Source: Candidatus Azambacteria bacterium (lineage in GTDB: Bacteria > Patescibacteriota > Minisyncoccia > GWC2-36-17 > WO2-46-25). From it: a DNA stretch of 64,000 nucleotides. The notes beneath the pieces were generated by a model that saw nothing but the letters and a program-made list of their open reading frames with translations, was not told the DNA's origin and did not search any database. A program made the translations under genes and the position numbers. This document shows positions 9,460-18,397 of this stretch, one piece after another; positions within the stretch are counted from its first letter, which is position 1, and each line of letters begins with the position of its first letter. The DNA lies in NCBI GenBank assembly GCA_016234725.1, contig JACRAK010000012.1, forward strand, positions 10,619 through 74,618, read 5' to 3'.

Positions 9460-9503
9460 ATCAGCGTGATGGTATTGTACCACAAAAACGAATACTTTCA
9501 AGC

Positions 9504-9531
9504 TTGACACAAAACAAAAAATTGATAAAAT
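9504..9531 (+). promoter_or_regulatory. Sigma70-like promoter (TTGACA-16-TAAAAT)
   Basis: Near-consensus hexamers in PBP1A divergent region, facing the 9625 ORF. Confidence 0.35.
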
Positions 9532-9624
9532 GACTTCGAAAACAGCTTTTATCATTAATCATCTCAGTTTCGTTTCGTGTTTCTACAGCGGGATGCGGGG
9601 CGAAGCTCGTTGTGTTCTTACACC

Positions 9625-9819
9625 ATGAAGGAAGAGTATAAGGATGAAGACGCCATCGAAGGCGTTGAAAAAGAGCCGGGAGAAATTAATGACGAAGAGC
9701 TTGCGCTCGATGCGTGGGACAATAACGATGACGATGGCATCGTGCCTGAGGCCACCGAAGAGCTGAGTCCGTACGAGGACCAAGAAGAAAAGCTCAGCCG
9801 CTTCTCGCCGGAGTACTAG
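9625..9819 (+). CDS. Small highly acidic hypothetical protein
   Basis: MKEEYKDEDAIEGVEKEPGEINDEELALDAWDNNDDDG...; no clear SD; low confidence. Confidence 0.25.
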   Translation: MKEEYKDEDAIEGVEKEPGEINDEELALDAWDNNDDDGIVPEATEELSPYEDQEEKLSRFSPEY

Positions 9820-10325
9820 ACGGTCCGGCGCGTGCTCTGTTCGAGTGTTTTTAATATCATACTACTGTGCGTACAGATCGCGGCGGCCAATGCGTCCGCC
9901 GCATCGTCTTGTGTGAGGGGGCTTTTTATGCCAAGGATCGCTTGCACCATTTTTTGCACCTGCTTTTTTTCCGCTCGTCCGTAGCCGGTGACCGCTTGCT
10001 TGATCTGCAGGGGGGTGAATTCGAGTACCGCGACATGATGCCGTTCGCATGTCGCGAGGATGACGCCGCGCGCCTGCGCGACCTTGATCGCGGTCTTGAG
10101 GTTTTTAAAAAAGAAGATGTCTTCAATGCCGATCACGTCCGGCGCGTGCAGAGAAAGGATCTCCCCAAGCTTTTTTTCAAGTTCGTGGAGCTTTTGCGGG
10201 GTCGTTTTGCCTGCCGACGGGACGGCAATGCATCCGTGCGCGACAAGCGCAATGGACGAACCCGTTTTTTTGATGACCCCGAAGCCGATGAGCGTATCCC
10301 CGGGGTCGATGCCCATGATGATCAT
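9816..10325 (-). CDS. ruvC: Holliday junction resolvase RuvC
   Basis: MIIMGIDPGDTLIGFGVI… with catalytic D/E pattern of RuvC. Confidence 0.85.
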   Translation of the reverse strand: MIIMGIDPGDTLIGFGVIKKTGSSIALVAHGCIAVPSAGKTTPQKLHELEKKLGEILSLHAPDVIGIEDIFFFKNLKTAIKVAQARGVILATCERHHVAVLEFTPLQIKQAVTGYGRAEKKQVQKMVQAILGIKSPLTQDDAADALAAAICTHSSMILKTLEQSTRRTV

Positions 10326-10337
10326 AAGAAAAAGAGA

Positions 10338-11063
10338 TTAGGAGACAAACGAAACGTTCGAATAAATATCTTGCACGTCGTCATTGTCATCAAGCGCATC
10401 AAGAAACGCCTCGACCTGTTTTTGCGCGTGCGGGTTCGCGACGGTCACGGTGTTTTTCGGCGTGTAGTCGAGTTCCGCGCGTTCCGGCACAATGCCCTTT
10501 CCTTCAAAAAATGTTTTTATGTGAAATAACTCATCGGGCTTGGTGATGATGACCGCGGCGCCATCTTCCTGCTGTACATCATGTGCGCCTCCTTCGATCG
10601 CGAGCGCTTCAATGGCTTCAAACGAAGTTCCCGTAAGCGGCACAACGATCCTCCCGCAGCGCTCGAACATCCAGGTGACCGAGCCGGGGGAGGCGAGATT
10701 GCCGCCGTGGTCTGAAAGCAGATGGCGTATCTCTTGCGATGTGCGGTTGCGCGAGTCGGTGATCGCGTCGATGATGACCGCAACGCCTCCGGGCCCGTAT
10801 CCTTCGAATTGCACCGTCTCGATCTTTTCGCCGCCGCCGCCCGACCATTTTTTCATGATCCGCTGGACGTTTTCTGAGGGCATATTCGCCTCTTTTGCTT
10901 TTTCAAGCGCAAGCCGCAGACCGGGGTTCAGTTCGGGGAGAAGCCCCTTTTCTTTGATCGCGATGCTGATCATGCGCGATATCTTGCCGAACACCTTTCC
11001 TTTTTGAACGTCTGCGGCGCCTTTCTTCCTTTTAATGGTCGACCATTTTGAATGTCCCGACAT
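10338..11063 (-). CDS. yebC: YebC/PmpR family DNA-binding transcriptional regulator
   Basis: MSGHSKWSTIKRKKGAADVQKGK… canonical YebC N-terminus. Confidence 0.85.
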   Translation of the reverse strand: MSGHSKWSTIKRKKGAADVQKGKVFGKISRMISIAIKEKGLLPELNPGLRLALEKAKEANMPSENVQRIMKKWSGGGGEKIETVQFEGYGPGGVAVIIDAITDSRNRTSQEIRHLLSDHGGNLASPGSVTWMFERCGRIVVPLTGTSFEAIEALAIEGGAHDVQQEDGAAVIITKPDELFHIKTFFEGKGIVPERAELDYTPKNTVTVANPHAQKQVEAFLDALDDNDDVQDIYSNVSFVS

Positions 11064-11136
11064 GCTGTCTTGAAGCTTGAATCCTGAAACTTGAAACGAG
11101 CTACGTTTCAAGTTTTACGTTACAAGTTTCATGGTG

Positions 11137-12150
11137 TTAGAGTAGCGTTCCCTGATTTTGCCCCGCCTCAAACGGAATGCCCAGGTGCGCGTAGGCGTCT
11201 TTGGTGGCGATCCTTCCTTTCATACTGCGGGCAAGAAAGCCGATCTGCAATAAATACGGCTCGTAAATATCCTCAATGGTCTCGACCTCTTCCGAGGTTG
11301 AGGCGGCGATGGTCTTAAGCCCCACGGGGCCGCCATGGTATTGAGAGATGATGGTCTCAAGAATGCGCAGGTCGGTCGCTTCAAGCCCGATGGGGTCGAT
11401 GTCCATCATCGCGAGCGCCTTGTGCGCAACGTCGCGCGTAACGGGTTCGTGGTCGTGCACCTGCGCATAGTCGCGGACGCGCTTGAGAATACGGTTCGCC
11501 ACGCGCGGGGTGAAGCGCGACGCGTCGGCGATCACATCCACCGCCTCGTCGAGAAGGTTCGCGCCCAAAAGCGCCGCGGAGCGCGCGATGATCTTTTTAA
11601 TTTCGTCTTTCTGGTAAAATTCCAAACGGTGCGTCGCGCCGAACCGCGAGCGGAACGGCGAGGAGAGAAGACCCGCGCGCGTTGTTGCCGCGATAATAGT
11701 AAAGCGGGGAAGCTGTAATTGCAATGTGCGCGCGGAAGGACCTTTGCCTAAAATAATATCAAGCGTGCCGTTTTCCATCGCGGGGTAAAGCATTTCTTCC
11801 ACCACTTTATGCAGGCGATGCGCTTCATCGATAAAAAGCATATCGCCCTCTTCCATATTGGTGAGGATCGCGGCAAGGTCGCCGACCTTTTCTATCGCGG
11901 GGCCCGACGTCACTTTCAGCGCCGCGCCCATTTCTTTTGCGATGAGGTTGGCGAGCGTGGTCTTGCCGAGTCCGGCGGGACCGTACAGCAGAACGTGCTC
12001 GATCGGTTCTTTGCGCTTGCGCGCGGCCTCGATAAGAACGCGCAGATTCCGTTTTATCTTTTCTTGGCCGATGTAGTCGTCCCAGCGCCCCGGTCGGAGG
12101 GCTAGGTCAAGCGAGGCGTCTTCTTTTTTGAGTATTTGTTCGGGAGGCAT
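11137..12150 (-). CDS. ruvB: Holliday junction branch migration ATPase RuvB
   Basis: AAA+ Walker A GPAGLGKTT, sensor motifs, winged-helix C-term. Confidence 0.9.
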   Translation of the reverse strand: MPPEQILKKEDASLDLALRPGRWDDYIGQEKIKRNLRVLIEAARKRKEPIEHVLLYGPAGLGKTTLANLIAKEMGAALKVTSGPAIEKVGDLAAILTNMEEGDMLFIDEAHRLHKVVEEMLYPAMENGTLDIILGKGPSARTLQLQLPRFTIIAATTRAGLLSSPFRSRFGATHRLEFYQKDEIKKIIARSAALLGANLLDEAVDVIADASRFTPRVANRILKRVRDYAQVHDHEPVTRDVAHKALAMMDIDPIGLEATDLRILETIISQYHGGPVGLKTIAASTSEEVETIEDIYEPYLLQIGFLARSMKGRIATKDAYAHLGIPFEAGQNQGTLL

Positions 12151-12191
12151 ACCCCTCTATTTTACTACATTTTTGAGCTTCGCGCGCCCTA

Positions 12192-12220
12192 TTGACAAAG
12201 CCAATTTTGTTTGCTATAAT
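12192..12220 (+). promoter_or_regulatory. Consensus sigma70 promoter TTGACA-N17-TATAAT driving the sRNA candidate
   Basis: Perfect -35 and -10 hexamers with 17-nt spacer. Confidence 0.6.
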
Positions 12221-12225
12221 TGGGC

Positions 12226-12437
12226 ATCAAAAGTATTTGGCAGTACAGCTAAAACATTAAAAACTCACTGACCTGTAGGCAATTAAGATTTTCTCGTTGA
12301 TCTTAAATAGGGGTGCTTCTCAGCTTGGGTAGCTTGGTTCCGACTGAACTATTCCTCGGATGTATTCTTTACTCTTGGCTCCGGCTAGGATTTTTGCCTA
12401 CAGGTTTGTGAGTTTTTTATTTTCTCTGTTTTTTTTG
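12226..12437 (+). ncRNA. Candidate structured small RNA (about 200 nt), unclassified (6S-like long closing stem)
   Basis: No ORF; 12-bp closing helix ACCUGUAGGCAA(12269-12280)/UUGCCUACAGGU(12393-12404) extended by CUCAC/GUGAG, followed by U-run; internal hairpin UUAAGAU..AUCUUAA. Confidence 0.45.
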
Positions 12438-12445
12438 GAGCTATG

Positions 12446-14119
12446 TTATTGTCCTGCGACGGATTCTATCTCTTCAATGGTGGTAAGTCCCGCAAGCACT
12501 TTCAGAAAGCCGTCCTGCTTGATCGATATCATGCCGCTTTTGCGCGCAAGCTCCCATAATTGCGATTGCGTGGGTTTTACGATGATCACTTCTTCCGCGT
12601 CTTTGCCCACCGCGAACATTTCATACAGCCCAACCCTTCCTTTATAGCCGGTGTTGTTGCACAGCTTGCATGCGGAAGGCCGAGACACCATCGTGTATTC
12701 ATCGAGAGCCGGTGCCGCAACGCGCAGCGAGAGGTCCGCGAACGCCGTTTTTAATTTCTGAAGCTCTTCTTTCGTCACCGGGCTTTTCGTGGAACAATGC
12801 GCGCACACTTTCCGCACCAGACGCTGCGCGATCAGCATATTGATCGCCGGCGCGATGATGTTCGGAGAAAGATCCATATCAATGAGCCGCAAGATCGCGC
12901 TTGGCGCATCATTGGTATGCAGTGTAGAGAATACCAGGTGGCCCGTCAAGGCGGCGTGGAGCGCGATGTCCGCTGTTTCCATGTCGCGGATCTCGCCCAC
13001 GAGTATCACGTCGGGGTCTTGGCGTAAAATAGAACGAAGTCCGGAAGAAAACGTATACCCGGCTTCGGTGTTCGTCTGGCTTTGTGAAATGCCGTCGACA
13101 TGATACTCGATCGGGTCTTCGATCGTGATGATCTTCACCGCAGGGGAGTTTATCTTTTTCAAAAACGCGTAGAGCGTCGTGGTTTTTCCCGACCCCGTCG
13201 GGCCGGTGACCAAAATAAGCCCGTTGGGGCGCTTCAGTTCCTTCGCGACCAGCTCCAGGTCGTGCGGCAAAAGGCCCAGGTCCTCAAGCGGAATGGAAAT
13301 GGTCTTGGGATTGAGGATACGCATCACGAGCGATTCGCCGTTGGGCCCCGGAAGCACCGAGGTGCGCACTTCGATCGACTTGTCGCTTGCCGTAATGGAA
13401 AAACGGCCGTCTTGCGGCGCGTTGGTCACGTTCAATTTAAGGCGCGAGAGCACCTTGATACGGCTGTTGAGGAGCGCATACATTTTTTTATCCAGCGTCG
13501 CGACCTCCTGGAGCACGCCGTCGATGCGGAAACGCACCGTCACGCTGTCTTCTCGCGGTTCTATATGGACGTCCGAGCTGTCGAGCGCGAGCGACCCCGC
13601 AATGATAAGCTCGATCACCGCGGTGGCGTTTTTAAGCACTGCGCGCAAAAACACGTCCTTGAAATCGTCGACATAATGGATCTCCTGCTGGAGCTTTTCG
13701 AGGTTCTCGGGCGTGATCTCAATAGTGCCCGACACATCTTCTTTTTCTTTCGGCAGGAGCGCGTAAAACCCCCATGCGTGGTCCAAGCTCCGGCCCGAGG
13801 CGAGAAAAAGATCGACGATAAGCCCTTTGTTCTTGAGATTTTCTATCATGAGCATCGTCTGCGGATCCTTCGGGTTTTTGACGGCGATCTTGAGGTTGGG
13901 GCCGAATTTCTGTATCACCGCGAGATGCGCGCGGCGGGCGGTTTCTTCGTCCACGGTCGAGAGCGAATCCGCGTTGATGGTCTGCGAAGAAAGGTCGACA
14001 TACGGGATGCCTATTTTCTCGGAAAAGCGCTGTGCCGCCTCTTCTTCTTCTTTCTTGCGCAGTTCTTCAAATTTCGCCTGCTCCTTCTTTTCTTCAAATG
14101 TATGTTCACGCATGGTCAT
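12446..14119 (-). CDS. Type II secretion/type IV pilus assembly ATPase (GspE/PilB family)
   Basis: 557 aa; Walker A GPTGSGKTT, Asp box, His box and tetracysteine motif CxxC…CxxC of GspE/PilB. Confidence 0.8.
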   Translation of the reverse strand: MTMREHTFEEKKEQAKFEELRKKEEEEAAQRFSEKIGIPYVDLSSQTINADSLSTVDEETARRAHLAVIQKFGPNLKIAVKNPKDPQTMLMIENLKNKGLIVDLFLASGRSLDHAWGFYALLPKEKEDVSGTIEITPENLEKLQQEIHYVDDFKDVFLRAVLKNATAVIELIIAGSLALDSSDVHIEPREDSVTVRFRIDGVLQEVATLDKKMYALLNSRIKVLSRLKLNVTNAPQDGRFSITASDKSIEVRTSVLPGPNGESLVMRILNPKTISIPLEDLGLLPHDLELVAKELKRPNGLILVTGPTGSGKTTTLYAFLKKINSPAVKIITIEDPIEYHVDGISQSQTNTEAGYTFSSGLRSILRQDPDVILVGEIRDMETADIALHAALTGHLVFSTLHTNDAPSAILRLIDMDLSPNIIAPAINMLIAQRLVRKVCAHCSTKSPVTKEELQKLKTAFADLSLRVAAPALDEYTMVSRPSACKLCNNTGYKGRVGLYEMFAVGKDAEEVIIVKPTQSQLWELARKSGMISIKQDGFLKVLAGLTTIEEIESVAGQ

Positions 14120-14218
14120 ATGCGCTTATCATACCGTCAAATCGCGCATTTGAGCAAGCAATTGCATCGTGCTAATTTCCCCGCTGAAAAGCGGCTTTTT
14201 ATGTGATAAGATGAAGTC

Positions 14219-14482
14219 ATGGAAATCACAGAGAAAAAACTGCAGGCGATTTTAATAAAAGGAAGAAAAGAGTTTCAGCGGTATGTTGGCGCGCTTGGAA
14301 ATAATTTTTCTTCACAAGTGAAGCTGGTCGCTGAATCGTTGTCCGGCATCCAGAATCAGCTCGTGGCCATTCGGGAGATGGTTGCCAAAAACACGGAGGA
14401 CATAGAGACGATGAAGAGGGATCTTCATCTCATCAAGCACGATCTTAAGCGCAAGGTTGGTATGACGAGTTTGCAATATTAG
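14219..14482 (+). CDS. Hypothetical small coiled-coil protein
   Basis: 87 aa, no recognisable motif. Confidence 0.25.
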   Translation: MEITEKKLQAILIKGRKEFQRYVGALGNNFSSQVKLVAESLSGIQNQLVAIREMVAKNTEDIETMKRDLHLIKHDLKRKVGMTSLQY

Positions 14483-14602
14483 AGCGACGCGTGGTCATGC
14501 TGGAAACGAAAGCAAAAAGATAAAAAAACACAATGGCATGGCGAGAAGCCGGAAAGTGAAGTAATAAGGCATGCGGGAGCGGATATACAAAATTATGTAA
14601 AC

Positions 14603-14632
14603 AAAAAGACGGCATTTGATTGCCGTCTTTTT
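14603..14632. terminator. Bidirectional intrinsic terminator (aaaaagacggca-tttgat-tgccgtcttttt)
   Basis: Perfect GC-rich stem flanked by A-run and T-run; near-identical copy at 21817-21848. Confidence 0.6.
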
Positions 14633-14639
14633 AAATTAT

Positions 14640-15302
14640 CTACTGATTCGCAAAATTTCTCTCTGCTTCAGATAATGAGATCCCAAAGATTTCTTTGAAT
14701 TTTTCTTCAAACTGAGGATGGTAGTAGTTTTTATTCAAGGATCGTAATAATCCCAATATTTTTTCAAAGGAATATTTTTCTATCAAAAAGGAGGTAAACA
14801 AGCATGCATGTTTATATGCATCATGGTTAGCATATACGCTCCATCCATACTCAGTGGAGAGCTTCGCGACATAATTCTCTTCTATATAATATCCCCGCTG
14901 ATTTTTATATTGATCGACTTGGCCCGCTACATACATCGCTATCCCTTCATTCAGCCATACGGGAATGGCCGCCGCGCCCACGATCTTCTTTGCGAACGCA
15001 TGCCACAGCTCATGCTTTAAGATTTTTATAAAATCACTTTTTGGGTGAGAGCTTTGCTTTTCAAAAGAGTTCGGATGAAGAATGTCTATAGAACCATCCG
15101 CAGATGTGTTTCCCACATGCCATGGTGGTGTTTTCATCCCGATCCGCTTCTCATAGTTAGCTCTGGATTCGTGGAGTCGGATAACGATAGGGAAGTCGGC
15201 GGGTATGTGCAGCTGACCCCCGAGATCAGCAAGCGCCTTTTCAACTTCTTTCTTTATTACATTAAGACCCCTCTTCGGTCCTTGCAGCGTGAAATTACTC
15301 AT
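14640..15302 (-). CDS. HExxH-motif putative zinc metallopeptidase (paralog family 1 of 4)
   Basis: 220 aa; HELWH … NEGIAMY (HExxH+E); same architecture as 22081, 25568, 28265. Confidence 0.4.
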   Translation of the reverse strand: MSNFTLQGPKRGLNVIKKEVEKALADLGGQLHIPADFPIVIRLHESRANYEKRIGMKTPPWHVGNTSADGSIDILHPNSFEKQSSHPKSDFIKILKHELWHAFAKKIVGAAAIPVWLNEGIAMYVAGQVDQYKNQRGYYIEENYVAKLSTEYGWSVYANHDAYKHACLFTSFLIEKYSFEKILGLLRSLNKNYYHPQFEEKFKEIFGISLSEAERNFANQ

Positions 15303-15553
15303 AAGAGGATTATATCACAAAGAAGCAGTCTTATTTCACCGGCATCAGCCATTTTTTTGTGCAAAATTAATTCAATGTATAAATTAACTGAATAACCCAT
15401 GTTTTTTGGTGTTAAAAGAGCTTAAAAGACATTAAGATATTAAAATTGACAAAAACAAATCTTAGTATATTATTCAACATAGTTAAGGGTAAGGAGAAAG
15501 ATCTTTAAAAACATAGATTGCAAAATTTAACCCGAGAAAAGGAGGTGGCCGAA

Positions 15554-15793
15554 ATGATCACAAACATGGATGAAAAACTGAAGTTTTATTGTCCTCGGTG
15601 CAAAGTAATGTTTTCTTGTGCTGGTGACGATGGCGTGGCAAAATGTCCAATTTGCAAGGTCAAAAGAAGTGATGGTTTTAATCAAATCGGACACAACTGC
15701 TTTCAGTGCGTAGCCTGCAAATGCCGATTTGAAAACATTTCAAAAGAAGGACTAAAATGTCCTAACGGATGTGTAAAGGAGGATGTGGAATGA
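15554..15793 (+). CDS. Small double zinc-ribbon protein, translationally coupled to trpS
   Basis: 79 aa from MITNMDEK; strong SD aaggagg; CPRC…CPIC…CFQCVAC…CPNGC; stop overlaps trpS ATG. Confidence 0.4.
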   Translation: MITNMDEKLKFYCPRCKVMFSCAGDDGVAKCPICKVKRSDGFNQIGHNCFQCVACKCRFENISKEGLKCPNGCVKEDVE

Positions 15794-16791
15794 AAAGCAA
15801 GAGTGTTATTCTGTCAGGAATACGAGCAACAGGGAGGCTTCATTTCGGAAATTTTCTTGGCGCGGTTCAAAATTTTGTTAAGTTTCAGCAACCAGGGAAT
15901 ACCTGTCTTTATTTTATCGCTGACTGGCATACCCTCACGACTTTTCAAGACCCTAAAGAGCTTCGAGGAAATTTGATAGAGATAGTGAAAGATTACATTG
16001 CTGCCGGCCTTGATCCCGAGCGGTCCATTATTTACGCTCAATCAAGTGTTCCGGAGATTGCGGAGCTCTGTCTCTATCTAAGCATGATCCAGCCTTTTGG
16101 TGATCTGGTGAGGATTCCGACGTTTAAGGATCTTATTCGAAAGAATCCAAACAATGTGAATCTGGGAATTGTGACGTATCCGGTTCTTATGGCAGCCGAT
16201 ATCCTTGGTCCAAGAGCAACGCTAGTTCCTGTTGGCGAAGATCAGATTCCAAATATTGAACTTGCGCAATCATTAGCGCGCAAGTTCAATAATCATTTCG
16301 GCGATACATTTGTTATCCCCGATATGATGATGCAGATGATTCGGGTTCCCGGTCTAGATGGGAATAAGATGGGAAAATCGGAGGCAGATAATGCAATCGA
16401 TGTAAATTCCCCAATTTCTGTAATTCGCGAGCGATACCTAAAAAAAGGAATAACAGACATTGAACGTAAGCGAGCAAAAGATCCCGGGGACCCCTATAAT
16501 CGTTGCCAGTCCGTGTATCCTTTGCACGAGCTTATCACGATTGGTGAGGCCGAAACGCGAACCATAGCAACCGCATGCCTAGAAGCCAGGATTGGATGTG
16601 TGGAATGCAAGCATCGTCTTGTGGATGGCATTGATAAGATATTGGGGCCATTCCAAGAGGCGCGCGCTAAGCTCGCTGACAAAAACGACCAAATCAGGGA
16701 AATTCTTCACGAGGGAGGGAAAAAGGCGAGAGTGCTGGTCCGTGAAACAACAATGGTCGTGCGCGAAAAGATGGGTATTGTCATCCATTAA
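15790..16791 (+). CDS. trpS: Tryptophan--tRNA ligase
   Basis: Class I motifs (GRLHFGN HIGH-variant, KMGKS); SD aaggagg before ATG 15790. Confidence 0.85.
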   Translation: MKSKSVILSGIRATGRLHFGNFLGAVQNFVKFQQPGNTCLYFIADWHTLTTFQDPKELRGNLIEIVKDYIAAGLDPERSIIYAQSSVPEIAELCLYLSMIQPFGDLVRIPTFKDLIRKNPNNVNLGIVTYPVLMAADILGPRATLVPVGEDQIPNIELAQSLARKFNNHFGDTFVIPDMMMQMIRVPGLDGNKMGKSEADNAIDVNSPISVIRERYLKKGITDIERKRAKDPGDPYNRCQSVYPLHELITIGEAETRTIATACLEARIGCVECKHRLVDGIDKILGPFQEARAKLADKNDQIREILHEGGKKARVLVRETTMVVREKMGIVIH

Positions 16792-16817
16792 CTCTAAAGA
16801 AGGAGGAGGGAAATGTT

Positions 16818-17942
16818 ATGGAACAGTTCTTGAGCTTAAAAGAACTGGGGAGCCGACTCTATAAGGTCGACATGCTTGTTGTTGCTCTCTTGAAGCGCCG
16901 AATGGATTTGGCGCTTCAAGTAGGGGAGTTCAAGGTAAGGAATGGGCAAAAGATTTTTCGTGCAAGCGTCGAATCAAAACGATTGGCTCAGGTGAAAGCT
17001 GAGGCGCGCAAGCGCAATCTAAGCCAGCACTTTGCAGCATCCATTCTGTATCAAGCTATAAATGAATCATGTAAGCAGCAAATGATTCAGTTGCAAAATA
17101 CAAATGCTCGGCGGCACAAAAAGGCAAAAACCGAAAAAGAGAGCTACCGCCTCTTGAAAAAAAACCTTCTGCTTCTTACGAGGCGATGGGCTGATTCATA
17201 TGATGATCAGTATGACAAAGCTTTTTTTGCGACGCACGCTTATCTTGATTTCGAGGATCAGATCCTCGAGCAAGAGATAAGGCAAATTGCTGATCGGGGA
17301 ATTGCTTTGGACTTGGGGTGTGCAACAGGAAGGTTGTCTACGAAGCTTTCCCCGTCATTCAGATGGGTGTATGGATACGATCTGAGTCCTCATATGCTCA
17401 TGAAGGCAAACGCAAAAGAAAAAAAAGTCCAAAATGTCAGCTTCATTGAAGCTGATTTAGAAAAAGGAATTCCTCAGTCAGACAGTTCGGTATCGTTTGT
17501 GGCAATGAATTTAGGTACGGCAAGCGATATCCGTGATATTTCCGGAGTTCTTAAGGAGGTTAAGCGCGTCCTTGTCTCTGGCGGAAGGTTTTTCTTCTCG
17601 TTTTACAATCGAGAAGCGTTGTTGTATCAATGGGATTTCATCCCATGGCCAGTTGGACTTGCTGCTGAAATCAACATCCACAAACATTGCCTAGACGTTC
17701 ATTTAGGCGCAAAGGTTTTGTCAGTATATGCTCGTCCGTACACCTCGAAGGAGGCGAGGAATCTTTTCCCTAAAGGAATGAAGCTTTCGAAGGTTCTTAC
17801 TCACCCAACGATCAGCTCCATTCTTCCTAATAATCTGTTTGAAGGAAAAGCATCCATTCAAAAGTCTGTGGCTGATATCGATCGACACCTTGCAAAGGCT
17901 CACGATGGCGCATATATCATCGTAACAGGTAAAAAAATGTAG
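16818..17942 (+). CDS. Fusion protein: N-terminal AroQ-type chorismate mutase-like domain + class I SAM-dependent methyltransferase
   Basis: N-term RLYKVDMLVVALLKRRMDLALQVGEFK (AroQ pattern R..ID..D..LL.LL..R..L..VG..K); C-term LDLGCATGR and VLVSGGRFFF methyltransferase motifs. Confidence 0.55.
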   Translation: MEQFLSLKELGSRLYKVDMLVVALLKRRMDLALQVGEFKVRNGQKIFRASVESKRLAQVKAEARKRNLSQHFAASILYQAINESCKQQMIQLQNTNARRHKKAKTEKESYRLLKKNLLLLTRRWADSYDDQYDKAFFATHAYLDFEDQILEQEIRQIADRGIALDLGCATGRLSTKLSPSFRWVYGYDLSPHMLMKANAKEKKVQNVSFIEADLEKGIPQSDSSVSFVAMNLGTASDIRDISGVLKEVKRVLVSGGRFFFSFYNREALLYQWDFIPWPVGLAAEINIHKHCLDVHLGAKVLSVYARPYTSKEARNLFPKGMKLSKVLTHPTISSILPNNLFEGKASIQKSVADIDRHLAKAHDGAYIIVTGKKM

Positions 17943-17946
17943 CTTT

Positions 17947-17977
17947 AAAGACCCCTGTATCCCGGGGGTCTTTTTTA
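17947..17977 (+). terminator. Intrinsic terminator after CM-MTase gene
   Basis: agacccc-loop-ggggtct followed by TTTTTT. Confidence 0.6.
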
Positions 17978-18007
17978 TATCTGGTGTCTTGAGGCGCTCT
18001 AAAGCTC

Positions 18008-18035
18008 TTGACAAATTTTTTTATGGTGCTAGATT
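18008..18035 (+). promoter_or_regulatory. Promoter TTGACA-16-TAGATT for the TrpD-like gene leader
   Basis: Consensus -35; about 355-nt untranslated leader follows. Confidence 0.45.
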
Positions 18036-18041
18036 TAGCTC

Positions 18042-18397
18042 AGGTCTTTTATAGTAGCAAAACCTTTGATGTGGGTCCCTCGAGTAGTCGAGGGATTGGG
18101 CTCATATCGCTCGACATGACATATGGCGAGCAAGGTGGCTTCTGCGAAAGTGGAAACCCGGATTCCTCCGTAATCATGGGATAATTGATGTCAGCCGAAA
18201 GGCACTTGAGTCAATGAGGGAAGCTTTTGCTTCCGAAAAAGGGTGGTAGCACGTAGATAAAACTCTTCGTCCCTTTGCGTAATTTTTTGCGCACAGAGAT
18301 GAGGAGTTTTTTGTTAAAACCCTCAGCATTTAAGGCGAGTTCTTTTACAAATCACGCACAAATCGTGCACAACCGTTTGACCCAAAGGGAGGGTGTT
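18042..18397 (+). promoter_or_regulatory. Long structured 5' leader with internal intrinsic terminator; weak T-box-like motif AGGGUGGUAGCACG
   Basis: AAAAAGGGUGGUAGCACG at 18231-18253 overlapping a terminator (AAAGGG…CCCUUUgcg + UUUUUU at 18283-18288) upstream of SD/ATG 18398. Confidence 0.3.

Noticed and set aside
11090-11115. 9-bp inverted repeat cttgaaacg-agcta-cgtttcaag between ruvB and yebC
   Set aside because: Short stem without a U-tract; could be a minor RNA hairpin but there is no evidence for a specific function.
12310-12390. tRNA-like or SRP/RNase P identity for the sRNA candidate
   Set aside because: No cloverleaf could be drawn (no anticodon stem); conserved RNase P CR-I/CR-V and SRP helix-8 GGAA/AGCA motifs absent. 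Left unclassified.
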